Shown: positions 1-12,392 of the stretch, one piece after another
How positions within the stretch are numbered: the first letter of the stretch is position 1
How the letters are laid out: each line of letters begins with the position of its first letter
From: Octopus sinensis
Lineage: Eukaryota
NCBI RefSeq assembly: GCF_006345805.1
Contig: NW_021835467.1
Coordinates: 4,395-68,394 of the forward strand
Length of the DNA: 64,000 nucleotides
Direction: 5' to 3'
Notes under the pieces: generated by a model
What the model was told of the DNA's origin: nothing
Database searches by the model: none
What the model saw: the letters and a program-made list of their open reading frames with translations, nothing else
Made by a program: the position numbers and the translations under genes

Positions 1-171
1 CTATTTTGTAAACTAATTTTGGTGCAAAGAATATACTTTAAATAAATCGATAATTTAGTTCGTTGTTAAATAAAATAGATCAAGGTGCATTTTTCTAATC
101 AAAAATGATTTAAACAATCAAATTTTTTTGATCAAGAATGAAATTTTTATAAATATTCTAACATGAAATAA

Positions 172-400
172 TTTTTTTTTTTTTTTTGATGAAAACCAAC
201 CAATAACTACAAGTTAATTAATTAAAAGCTTCAAGTGCGGGAAGCCGACGCGATCGAGAAAGAATTAGAGCGTACTATCGCAAGGGATATCCGCTCGAAA
301 AACCATCTCGATTCGCGGGCGTCGCCTGTGATGGCAGACATGCGGGATCCGATCTCCTGAACGAAGCTGATTGCCTTACTGCCCAAGGAACATGAAATAA
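172..400 (-). mobile_element. CRE-clade non-LTR retrotransposon 3' stub with 3' UTR and poly(A)
   Basis: Minus strand translates ...QEIGSRMSAITGDARESRWFFERISLAIVRSNSFSIASASRT*, matching the RLE C-terminus of the other CRE pieces in the window. It is followed by a short UTR and a 16-A tail (T run at 172-187). Confidence 0.8.
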
Positions 401-829
401 TTATACTTGAAATTCGAATAAAAAATTTGGTCGTTTCATATTTTCCTCAAAATAATTGCTTTATATTTAATATTGTTGAAAGGCTTTCATTACATCGTAA
501 TTATTATATATTTTTCTTTTAAGAGCAGGATTATTTTTGAATAACAAATTCTAATTATTGAACGCGTCATACTATGACGCACCATCACGATTTTTCGATT
601 TTATTTCTTAATTTTGATACAAAAATGGAGATGACCTTTTTCATGGTTTAGAGTTCGAACTAAAAAGAAAACAAATTAGAGACCCAAAGAATAAAAACCA
701 AATATTCAAGTATATCAATCCTCTCAAAATGTTAGCCGCTTTTACCTCTTTTAGTTATATTAATGGCATATTTTATATTCATAAGAATTGATTATTCAAA
801 ATTTAGTCCAAAGAATAAAAAACCATCTA

Positions 830-3800
830 TCAAATACATTTAGATCCTGCTTTAAAGGATAACGGTAACAATGGTACATTTAAGAAAACGCACAAAAGCA
901 AATTAAAAATATATATCGTCGTTAGCGTTCCTACCAAATCCAATACACACAAATAAAACCCAATATCCGTTATCCGCTCCTCTTGGGGCAGATGTGAAGA
1001 CGACCTTATGAAAACATCATCGAATCCTTCGTCACTAGCTTCCGTTTCTGGGACAATAGACATCCAATCATCTTCCAAATTTGTATCTCCGCCTATAATC
1101 CTCCTCCTACACTCCATAATATCCTCGACCACCCCGCTCAACCTCTCGCCTGTCAACCTAAAAACATGACACTCCCATATAACGGAATTCAGGCATACCT
1201 CAGCACTAGAGTAGTGACGAAATCCACAGATACGGAGTAAATTGTACATCCCCTCTTCTATCTCACCACCCCTCAACCGTACATCTTGCATTACTGATCC
1301 AGACATTGCTTCCAAAATTTGATCTATCACTTCTGCTCGGCCTATCAGGAAATTGAATATAAAAACCACCACCGTGAGAATATATTTCTAAAATCCACTC
1401 AAATATACTATTTTCCCGCCAGGAAGACTTTAATTCAGCAGAGGACTGAATCAAATCCAACTTTATAAGTCGACTCACAATTTGACGGCGGGTTCTATCT
1501 TTACGTATCAAACGAGACATGATATCTTCCACCGGGGTTTCTAGGACTCAATAAACAAACCAAACTTGATACTCCTCTCAGCTCAGTAAACAAATGACAA
1601 AGTTCGTAGTCTTCCTCCTCATTCCATTTTTTTCCTTTTCGTGTCCCAGCAAGTTCATAAGTGTTGTTTCCATGAGTCAAATTATACGAATTCCGATGAT
1701 TCTTCCAAAACAGCAACTCCACGGCAGCCAAAGCTCCCATTTCAGAAAAACGTTCAATAAAGATTTTAAAGAGCCCACCCAAAAAATCAATAATATCCTG
1801 TATAATAAGGTATAGTCAAACGGTAAATTGTTCCCCTTGTTTTTTTCTGAAACATTCAAAAACTTTTTGAAAAATTCTAAATACTCTCAATTGAAATAGT
1901 AATCCCGGGATATCATATTGTGTTACCACTTGCCTTAACAAATTAACAACAGCCAGGTTAGTATCTTGACTGTTATTCATAAATGTCTCCAACACAGTAA
2001 CGCATACGACGAGTACACTTTGACATGACAGTCTAAATTAGATAACCAAATACTTGTTAATTAAGTCACGAGCAGTCATTTCTTTTTCAATATACTCTAC
2101 TTGAGAAGACGACGATTGGTCGCTTTCGTTGTGGGAATCAATTTGTTCTTTTACGTGAGAACATGATGACTGGAGAGACTCGATAATAGAGTCTCCTTTG
2201 AAAACATTCTCCATCGGCCAGATCTCTCTAAGACATTTTAAATATCAATTACTGGCAATGATGGAGAAACTTGACTCCCTTTTCTACATTTCCATCCAAA
2301 AGGAATTGTTTTATAGTATTACATGCTTTCGAACTGTTAAGATTAGTATATATTAAGAAATGACTAAATAATGTAACAACCCTATGAACTTATTACACTT
2401 AAACATGTCGATAATAATAAAATAAAATAGGTGTGATAGATCAAAACTGAGAAATAAATACATTTGATCTTCTTCAGAAAGGTCAGATGTAGGATCGAAT
2501 GCAGAAGTTCCATCATATGGAACTTTCTCAATCATTGAAACAACTGATTCCAGATTTTTCCAGTCAATTAAATTAGTTCTCTTTGGTTTATTCTTGCGTT
2601 TTATTCTCCGTTTGGTTTTTTGAGCGAAAAAATGAACTTTGGGCTGTAAGTAAACCGCGAATAAAGAAAGATAAAGGTGGACAGTCTCAACCAGGTCACA
2701 TATAAACGAGCGTGACATTCTAGACCGACTGTAGCCCTTAAACACAGATATCAACACATCGAATGTTTCAGAATTATAAAATAAATTCTCTAACATGCAA
2801 ATAGCATATAACCTTGAAGGATGTTCATACTTTCCACCAGTGATGTATCATTAGAAAAGTGCTGAATAATCATAAACAACTCCTTGTATAAACGAATGGC
2901 CAAATTAAGTCTAAGCGATCACCCACTGATGGCCTAACCGATTAGATGACAGGCTAACAGTGAGTTTATCACGAAGACCCGTATTCCTAAAATTTTACTC
3001 ATCCAGCTAACCTGGTTGTTTGGAGAGTTGTGGTTTGACCCATCTCATTCATATATTTTTCAATACTACCTCTGGTGATCCTGAATGAGTGAACTGTCAG
3101 TAAATCACTAAAAAGTGAGTGCTGACAGGTCATACCTAACATATCCAACTTCCAAATTCGTTAGACGAGCAAAAGAAATGAAAAACGAAATAAACCAGAT
3201 CCAATATGTCTCCCTTTCATGACTCATCACTTCCCATTGAGACTATATTGATATGGAATCGCCTTACTTTCACCATCCTCACAATTGGCGAAAAAGAATA
3301 AGTAAGGAAAGTGACGCAAAATTCTCTGAGTTGATTGTTGCCCAAAATGGATGGATTTGTGATGGAACAAACTTGTTTGGTTTTATTGAATGACAGTTGT
3401 TGCGTCCCGCGTGATATAATATTCGAGGGACCGCCTGAAGGAGGTACAGGAACGACAAATACTCCCCCAAAGCGTGGATGTCTATTAAATTATAATATAC
3501 CTGGAACACCTCTTCGACGACCATTTTCCGGAAAGTGATTGTCTTTCCTTTTCTCTATCCGCCAATAAAGACGTCCTGTGATTATACAATTGGTTTCTCT
3601 GCGAAGGTAGTTCGGATGATAGCGAACAAGGTGTCTTCAAATAGACAAATTAGATAACATGTTGTTTGAGAAGTAGGGAAACTATTTCAATGATGTAGTG
3701 GGGAAATGATTCAAATTTTCTATCTTTTTTCCAATCAAACTGCCCCAGACATACAACTAGTTGTAGGAGCCCGCTTTCAGACATAACACTTGAATAAGCC

Positions 3801-4483
3801 AATAAACAATTACCAAATCAGCTTAGAATGGTCCTCTTCAAACGAGTTCTGTCAATAAATAAATGATTAATACATTTCGTTGACCAATCGAGTCATTTCC
3901 TATTAAAAGAGCATTTCTGATAAGAAAGAGCCAGCGTTCTATATTCTTTCTGTCATTTTGAGTACGATCAAGCCAATTCTTGTCAATCAAAGCCCCTAAA
4001 AACTGACCCGCAACACACCAAAGTTCAGTGTCAGTCAAGCTCTATGCGAGTAAAGCATTAATTATAATAAACTCGTTTATAGCCTTGAAGATACCACATC
4101 ACCTCCAAATAATGTTGTCTCTCAATTCGATCCCTTGGTACTAGACCGTCGAAGCAATCGTGTGCAGGCTGGGTCAGATTTAGAATAAGCCTTTATAGTT
4201 AGTTATGATTATTGCCTTAGAACGGTCTCGGTTAACACAGAATCATCAGTATATGTCTTCAAAATTGGAATTAAGTCGTTTGAAAGAACATTAGCCTTCC
4301 CTAGAAATTGACGAACATTGCAATCTCGCCCATCTTGATGCACAGCTTTTATTAGTTCTCGAACATTCTCTAATATTTTTTATTTTGATTTGTACCAAGG
4401 CAATACGGTTCTTTTATATATTTATTATTTTTAATGCATCCCAAAGAACTAATTATCGCTTCTATCTGAGACTCGTTTTCCAT
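830..4483 (-). CDS. TIMELESS: TIMELESS/timeout (Tim2/Tof1 family) replication-fork protein, multi-exon with micro-introns; 3' end approximate
   Basis: Spliced N-terminus MENESQIEAIISSLGCIKNNKYIKEPYCLENVRELIK...VRQFLGKANVLSNDLIPIL...RLILNLTQPA, plus RHPRFGG, ETYWIWFISFF, SFICDLVETVHLY, ELLFWKN and KWNEEEDYELCHLF. All are recognisable TIMELESS motifs and occur in order. Confidence 0.92.
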
Positions 4484-4661
4484 TATATATTCGTCACACA
4501 AAACAGTTCTACAGTATGCGCTAGTTTATTTAAATATTTATAAACTTATTAGGAATTTACTCCCTATAAAGTTTAGCTGGAATGAACAAAAAATTCCAAA
4601 TTCAAAAGACAAAATATTTGTATTGTGTTAAAGTGGTTTGATTGGTCAAAAACCTCTATAC

Positions 4662-6285
4662 CAGGGGTGTCAAACATGCGGCCCTCAGCGTACTTTGCCA
4701 AACATAAGTGCGGTCTGATTTAATGGCTATAAAATGCAAAAAATTATTCTTTATTTTTTTACATTTAATTAAAATTTTTAATTGTATTTTTAAATCGTGT
4801 CTGTTAATGTCACGTGCTTCTTCTTGAATAAAAAAGAAACGCTCCTTGAAAGATGAACGGAGAGTGTTTCAAGATAAATGGGAACTTTTCTATTTTTGCA
4901 CAATGGTTGATGGAAAAATACATTGTTTGATATGTAACAAGTTTATTGCTATATCGAAAGAATACAACCTAAAGAGGCATTATCAATCTAATCATCTATC
5001 ATACAATTATTTCATGCTCTTGAAAAAATTTATCTTGTTTAAAGATATTTCATTAACAAGAAACACTGCTGCCGAACACATTAATGAAATGGCATGAAAT
5101 TTGAAACACCAATTAAAGTCTGATTTGTTAAAATTCGAATATTTCATTTAGCATGCTCATTTTAATTTTATTATTCATCAGAAATATTTATGCTCAAAGA
5201 TATTAAAAGTGGAAAATACCATTAGTTTGGTCACGAAAACAGTAGACTATATCAGAGGTCATTCCCTCAACCACCGGCAGTTTAGTAAACTGCTGACAGA
5301 TATTAATAATCAGTTCAGCGACATTTCTTTTTATACTCCAGTCCGCTGGTTATCACTTCACAAAGTTGTTAAAAGATTTAAATAATTTTATTTATGGAGA
5401 TAAAAGGGCAAAACACAGACGAAATGAAAAGTCAATCTTGGATTAAACATTTGGCATTTGCAGTGGATATTACCACACATATGAACGATCTTAATTTAGA
5501 ATTGCTGGGCAAAGACAAGCTCATAACTTAGTTGTCAGATCATATCAAGTTTTTTATTTTGAAAATAAAATTATGGAAGTTTCAGCCATTAAATGAAGAT
5601 TTATCTTATTTTCCTACGTGCAAAGAGCTCAGGAGTACTGTTGATGCACATAATGTAATGAATTTTTCTCAGTATGAAAGACAACTAGAATCGTTGTTAA
5701 AGGAATTTCAAGAAAGATTTAATGATTTTTCGTCTTTTGAACAGCAATTTTCATTATTTGCATCACCATTCTCTTTTAATGTTTCCAATGCAGATGAAAG
5801 TTTACAAATGGAACTATTGGAAATCCAATCAGATTCCATACTTAAAGCTAAATATTTGGAGGTTGGAATACTTGCTTTCTTTTCATATCTTCCTGGAAAA
5901 TTTAAAAACTTTAAAAAGTTTGCAACAAAAATCATTGCTATGTTTGGTTTGACATATGTGTGTGAACAGCTTTTTTCATTTATGAAAATGACAAAAACTG
6001 GTCAAAGAACAAGACTAACTGATGAACATTTATCCTCTTTAATAAAAGTCGGAACTACACAAATAGCTCAGCCTGACATATCAAAAATTGTATCTAAAAA
6101 AAATGTCAATCCTCTGGAAGCAGCTCTCACCAAAATTAAAGGGCGATAATTCAATAATTTAGTTTCTCTTAATAATAAATATCAGAATTAATCTCCCCTT
6201 AATGAGAAATTATTATAAATGCGGCCCTCGAAGCCAAATTGTAACAAAATGCGGCCCTCAAAGCGAAATGAGTTTGACACCCCTG
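4662..6285 (+). mobile_element. hAT (Buster/Charlie/SPIN-like, GTF2IRD2-type) DNA transposon, internally deleted transposase
   Basis: 14-bp TIR CAGGGGTGTCAAAC at both ends and a perfect 8-bp TSD CTCTATAC (4654-4661, 6286-6293). Transposase pieces: zf-BED-like CLIC...KEYNLKRHY, VRWLS, and dimerisation motif TYVCEQLFSFMK...RTRLTDEHL. Confidence 0.93.
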
Positions 6286-6510
6286 CTCTATACCATTTGA
6301 GTTTATAAAAAAACCCAAAACAAAAAAATCACATAAAGACTCATTGGTACTTTTGCATTTCATCCTGCACGAAAATAGCCTCTAAATGAATTAATGAAAA
6401 TTTTTATGAATATTAGATCGAAAATTTAAAAAATTGAACTATGCCGATTTTATAAATTTTATTCTAGCTATTTCTAAGGCAACCCCTAATACTCGTATCT
6501 GAACAGTAGA

Positions 6511-6710
6511 CCCGATTAGTTCGGAAGCAAAGATCATTAAAATGAAGACTGTAACGGTGTTGACCATCTCTAGAACTTCATAAATTTACTAAATGTCAAT
6601 CTCGGGTTCCATTCGATTATCTGATCTCCGAAGGTATCTCAAGCCAGAAAAGTTTGGACGACACTGTCACAGTCTTCATTTTAATGATCTTTGCTTCCGA
6701 ACTAATCGGG
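6511..6710. repeat. 50-bp inverted repeat (6511-6560 / 6661-6710) with 100-bp spacer
   Basis: CCCGATTAGTTCGGAAGCAAAGATCATTAAAATGAAGACTGT(A/G)AC(G/A)GTGT matches its reverse complement at 48 of 50 positions. Confidence 0.9.
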
Positions 6711-6926
6711 TTGAATTGGTATTGCATTTTGTTCCTTCTGAGCCGCACTGGCGATTGGTTGGATGGCTTCCAGATAATCACAACTAAGTTACAATTAACT
6801 TAGTAGAATTTATTAGTTTGTTGACTTTACTTAGTAGTTTGACCCTAACACTATTGATTTGTTGATTTCATATGATTAGTAGTTACAATTAACTTTCCTT
6901 TTCAAAAAGGTAAGTTCGACATATTA

Positions 6927-8777
6927 TGTGACATGGGCGGCTGGATACGTATGGGCAACCGGTTACCTGACGTGACCTTGAAGCTTAACTTAATGTCAAT
7001 ATTGTAATTAATATTAAACTTCAAAGAATAATAACTTGTTAATTATTTTTTAAGTCTGGACATTGGCACAATCGAAATTTTGCTCATCGAATTTTTTATC
7101 TATTAAATTTAAATGTTTAAACTACCTCAACGCGATTGTTCGATAAAATACTGATAATTTCTGCAGATGGATAATATGGAGATTCAAACTTATCCAGTCG
7201 CAACGAAGGATTTGTTCCAAAGTCTTTTTTAACTCGAACCTAAACATTAATTTTTATGCATACCTTATCACCAACACTAAATTCATACTTACTATTGTGA
7301 ACATTCATTTTTCTGTTCATCGCTTTGTAATAATTAGAATTAGGATCAATGGGGTTGATTTCGAACTGAAATCTTTTCGGACTTGTAAACGAATAATTAC
7401 AGTCATCTACATATAGAAATTCAAATTACATGAATTTTCAATTGGACTCGGACAATTGTTTGCATCATCGACTTGATCAGGACTCAACAAATCATTACTT
7501 GAATTATCTAAGGAATAATTTTATAATTACAACCATAAAATATTGTATTTATTCCACTTATTCCCCGGTATCTTTCAAAAGGGCTCTCATTAGAAGATGA
7601 GTGGACAGAAATGTTATAACTGTACACTGCATTTTCTAATTTTTCCAGCCACTTTTTATTATCATTGTCGATCATTTTTGCCATTTTTCTTGTAATTGAC
7701 TGGTTGAAGCGTTCGACAATCCCTTGTGAGCGGGGATTGTTTGGCCTTCCGTGAATTCGTTTGATATTGAATTCCTCACATAGATTGGTCATTTCACGAT
7801 TCTTGAATTCAGTCCCATTATCGGACTGAAGAAATTGACACGGACCATTTAAGAAAAATAATGATCTAAGGTTTTCACAAACTTCATTTGAGGACTTAGT
7901 GTAGAGCAGCCTCGCAAATGCAAATCTATAAAAATTGTTAAAAAAACTAACCTGCTATATACGTCAATGACCGTTAAAATCCATTTAAAATTTTTATTTA
8001 TAGTAGAAAAACTTTTCAGATCTATAAGATCTATCTGAAATCTTTCATTTGGGCAAGATGCAAAGACATAGTTATTTATATCTCCAATCTAGGATTTAAA
8101 AAAGTTAAAACTTTTAAGGGTCGCGCAAATTTACAAATTTCACAGTTTCGAATGACTTTTCGAATAATCTCGTTTTTAACTGTGAAATATCGTTGTCGAC
8201 ATTCATATTCAATTTTGTTAACTCCTCCATGCGAGAAGTCATGCAAACTATTAGCAACGATCTCCATTTCGGGTTCATTGTCTAGGCAAATCACTAGCTT
8301 GTGATCTGAATTCGCACATTTAAGATACAATCTATACATTTACAATTTGTATGATACCTTTCATTAATTACAGTAAAATTTTCAATTTTCTTAACTAGTC
8401 TATATTTTTTTTGCTTTGTAAGATGTTCAGGAAATTTATCCTGTAAAGCATCTTTTAAAATTTGATATTCCAAACTATTCTTTACATAACCTTTCTACGA
8501 GGACATTGCTGCAAAATATACTTGCACGCTAGAAATAACTCAAGAAATTTAGGTTTTCCACCAAAAAAATTAATTTCTGATAATTAAATTCCTACAAATA
8601 TAATTTTTTGTCAAAATGAGAGAGTCTTTAGCTAATTTAGTAAATTATTAAATGATAAGAATGAGTCGCGGTCTAATTAAAAGATTTATAATTTAATCCC
8701 ATCAATGTCATAATTGCACATTTCAAGGTCACGTCAGGTATCGCGCGGCCCATAGGTATCGCGCAAACCATGTCACA
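6927..8777 (-). mobile_element. Ginger-like (Ginger2/TDD-type, rve integrase) DNA transposon with imperfect 56-bp TIRs
   Basis: Ends are TGTGACATGG...TACCTGACGTGACCTTGAA (6927-6982) and its reverse complement (8722-8777), with TG...CA termini and TA on both flanks. It encloses an HHCC plus DDE integrase gene. Confidence 0.85.
7043..8506 (-). CDS. Integrase-type transposase split by seven 23-26 nt introns (430 codons after splicing; TAG at codon 4, true N-terminus uncertain)
   Basis: Introns at 8332-8357, 8089-8111, 7926-7951, 7508-7533, 7407-7429, 7240-7263 and 7100-7125 are all GT-AG. The spliced frame gives HDFSH...CEIC, FQIDLID, TVIDVYSRF, LQSDNGTEF and QGIVERFN, ending in TAA at 7043. 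Confidence 0.85.
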
Positions 8778-9649
8778 TATGTCAACATGTCAAAGTTAAA
8801 AAGGGATCGGAATATTTATGGTTATTATGTCAAAAATTTATGTCAAAACAAAAAGTCAACATATTTTTTAGAGGATCTCGTTGCGATCTTCATAAGAAAC
8901 TGTTTCGCGGACCTCAGAATTGACGACTCTCATAATTGATTTTGAAAATGAAGCACTCACGATATTTAAACAGTATTTTTATTCCCATTAATCAATTATG
9001 TTGTAATGAATCAATTCATACTTAAAAATCTACAAGTTTTAGGCAAGCTTTAATTTTGTGTTTATACTTTGACTGTGTTGTCAAAACACAGTCGGAACCA
9101 GTGCAACTCCGCGCCTGAATGCCATTGAACGTATTTTAACTGCGGATCATCGGATCACTGAACGAATTACCGAGGTTGCCGGGAATCTCATTTTACTAAA
9201 AAGTCGACATTGTTGTAATGAACGTTATTTTTATCTTCCGCGTCTGTCAGTCTTTTTTGCGACCGGCCCAGGATAGAACTGAACATTGGCAGTGACTATT
9301 TGCCCCAATCAATGTTGTTACGGACTTCCACGACGTTGATGTCATATCTTTTCACGGGGTACGATCTGTCTCCTGTGCAATGGTCCATATTCAACATATA
9401 TATGGATGCAACTTTGGAATTCCTCTCCCACATGCACCTGTCCACAAGTGAAAGTATTGATCGTTTCAATATGGTCGTACGAAGATATGTAGTCGCCTTT
9501 CTGGATAGAAACTGATGACGAAACTGATGAAATCTTGGGGATCTTGCGCAAAGAAGACCAAAACTAGGCTACCTAAGCTAGTCAGACAGAAGGTGCGACT
9601 AGATAGCTTAGAAAGAAGTGTTTTGAAACTGAGGACTCCCGAAGTCTAA

Positions 9650-9960
9650 ATATCAGAATAAAAAACCTTTAGAAATCAGATCGATGAGCTGATTAAACCT
9701 AACACAGATGGAAGCGAGAATGTTTAAAACTGAACAAGAAAAATCCAAAATTCTGGAAACTGTACAAAATAGTGAGCGGGATGGAAGCGAAGGGGAAAAA
9801 TCATACTTAAATCGGTGGATTGAGCCTTTCTTCCTACTAAGAAAATCTTTGAGATGTTCTCCCAGCAGCTAGCAGTGATTCTGGAAATGGACCCTTGATC
9901 AATCTTGCATCGGGAAATATTCTAGGAGTCGACTCGAAATTCAAGCTCAAAATATAGCTA
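9650..9960 (+). mobile_element. Degraded LINE remnant
   Basis: CLKLNKKNPKFWKLYKIVSG resembles ECNKLHKANPNFWKVFGKLS of the LINE at 24023-25231. Confidence 0.45.
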
Positions 9961-10362
9961 AATTGCTCTAATAAACCTATATTCTATATATTTTTCATGT
10001 AAAAAACGTTCACATCCCAGTAAAAATCTAAAAAGTAATCAGAATATTGTCTGATGATAATTTCCCTGGTTGTCTGTACATCAGTGGATAATCTCGAAAC
10101 TAAATAACTTTAGTTTTTGAATTTTATATAACAATTTAATGGGGTACTAATATTAACTGGCAAGTATTCTACCTCTTCTCTTCACCGGCTACAACAAACG
10201 AGTCTCTAGGAAAAAGCGTTTTTCTGGTTTTCTATTTGTTGGATCAAATTCCAAAAACCAAAGCTATCAACATAGTAAATTAAATTGATATTATTAAATG
10301 AAAAAATTGAACATAATCTAATTGATTGTAAATAATTATTTCCAAGGGAATATAAACTAAAA

Positions 10363-12392
10363 TGACTTGTACAAATTGGACCAATCTAGACGTAGCACAA
10401 ATCATTTCGGACCACAAAATAAACTTAAATTTTCATAGAAACAGAAGAATTTTTCATCCGAAAGCATTTCTTGGTACTGAAGAGCATTTTGTTTATGTTT
10501 CACAGATAAGATACCACAAAATGTAAATACAAAGTTTATTCCCGCAAATCAATCTTCAAATAATTTCAGGGGAGGTTTTAATTTGGGAAATACCCTCAAT
10601 AAAAACAATACACCATTTTTCCCTTTACATTTGAGAACTACGCCTTATGAATATGGTCGCAAAGTAATTTAAATTTTCTAGGATACAAATCTGCCGAAGA
10701 CTATAAATTAGTTATAGACATGATCAAGACACAAAAAACGGAAAAAATGTTTCTGCCTCAGATTATAATTCCAAACATACCTTCACATTCTCGCTCTACT
10801 CAGACAATAAAAATCAAGGAACTTTCCAAGGCGTCAAGTATTTGAATATATATTAAAGCATAAAGATGTGATTGTAAACTCGACACCAAATTGGGATACT
10901 TTAGATGACAAAAAAAGTTATTTATTAATTTTTACATAAAGTGCAATTTGCACAGGAAATGTGTCGTAGAAATTCTTCCTCGGACTACGCCACTTGGCAA
11001 CTGCAGGCAGCTCAGGCTGTTCGCGATTTGTTTGTGGAAAAAAAAGTTTTTTAGTTTAAATAAAATCAGAATGAACCAACAAATATAATAGAAAAATCTC
11101 TATCGTCTAATTCAAAAAAGACAATTGATTCTGAGATTTATCCTCAGGAAAATAAATCTTGGTCAAAACCTTTTGAAAAAGCAGAAAACGTGAACCGGGA
11201 AATGTCTATTTACAAAACTCCGCAAACTTTTGGTAAAAGTGTTTATGTCGAAGCCGAACATCCAAAACTTATAAATACAGCGACTTCTACAGATCTAATA
11301 ACGACATTTACAGAAAGATCCAGTTCTCCGATTTTGGTATCCAACAAAAAAGATATAAGTTGTTCTACTGATGTCGTTGTATCGTGCATTTTAGTGAATA
11401 GCTCAACATCACCAATCAATCCTTTTTCTTTAAACGACCAAACAACACAAACTGAAGATTTTACAGAGATTCAAAGCAAGAGTAGAGAATTGGAATTTAC
11501 GAAACCGTCATTTGATTCTGAAAACACTTTTGTTAAAAGAGACGAGAAATTATTTATTAATTACAAAAAAGAGTCCAATTACGACCATCCTAATGCTTTG
11601 GATCAAAAAACTCGCGACAACATTCTTAGTGAAAAAATAGAAAATGATCAAATCGACAGTATTCATAGGTATTTGAATAATTTTATATTCAAGCTACGAC
11701 ATTGAACCAGATATTGATTCCTTACTCAATTACATTGAGGTTGGAGATGATGCGACAGATCAAGTCCTTTTGAAATTAGATGAAGATTCTAAATTAAATC
11801 TTAAAAAACAACCTGCAACAAATAGTGCAACTATAAGGCAATGGATGCGGAATTCTTTTTACAAAAGGAATCAAACGTATATAAATGACAGAAACCTGGC
11901 AATTAAACAAGAAAGAGCACCATTTTTCAACAAAAAAGTCATTAAAATAAAAGTTAAATTAGGATCCTATAAAACGATCGAACAATTTTAATGAAACAAA
12001 AGCAAAACAAAAAAGAAACTCCGATGCATACCGAATGGCTCTGTCATATGTTTGTTAATTTTTTATCAATTTAAGCTGACGGAAATTCAATGCAATAAAA
12101 AAGAATCAAATTTAATGGTTTCAAAATCGAAGAATAGTCAAACAAGCCGTCAACAATTACAAAAAATATATGGCAACTAATATTTATATATATTACTAAG
12201 GGACATCACGTCTGTCTTCGATAAATAAAATGATCTCAAAGAATAAAACTCAAGTAAAAAATAAATTCAAAATATTTTCCGATATAAATGAATGTGAAAT
12301 GAAAATGAATACACAGGACGAAATATCTCTTGTCAGCACCAATGATATCAGTGAGATCATTGACTGGGCAGAAATTGACAGAATAATATCTT
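10363..12392 (+). CDS. Putative multi-exon hypothetical gene (Ser/Thr/Lys/Asn-rich); boundaries uncertain
   Basis: Chain of plus-strand ORFs (11190-11705, 11770-11991) flanked by plausible short GT-AG introns. No recognisable domain. Confidence 0.3.

Noticed and set aside
230-400. GC-rich islands (also 20860-20940, 44365-44435) as tRNA/snRNA/SL-RNA genes
   Set aside because: No cloverleaf or Sm-site architecture; the reverse strands translate into the CRE C-terminal motif.
7100-8357. Introner-type origin of the micro-introns
   Set aside because: The introns show no mutual sequence similarity, terminal inverted repeats or consistent flanking duplications.
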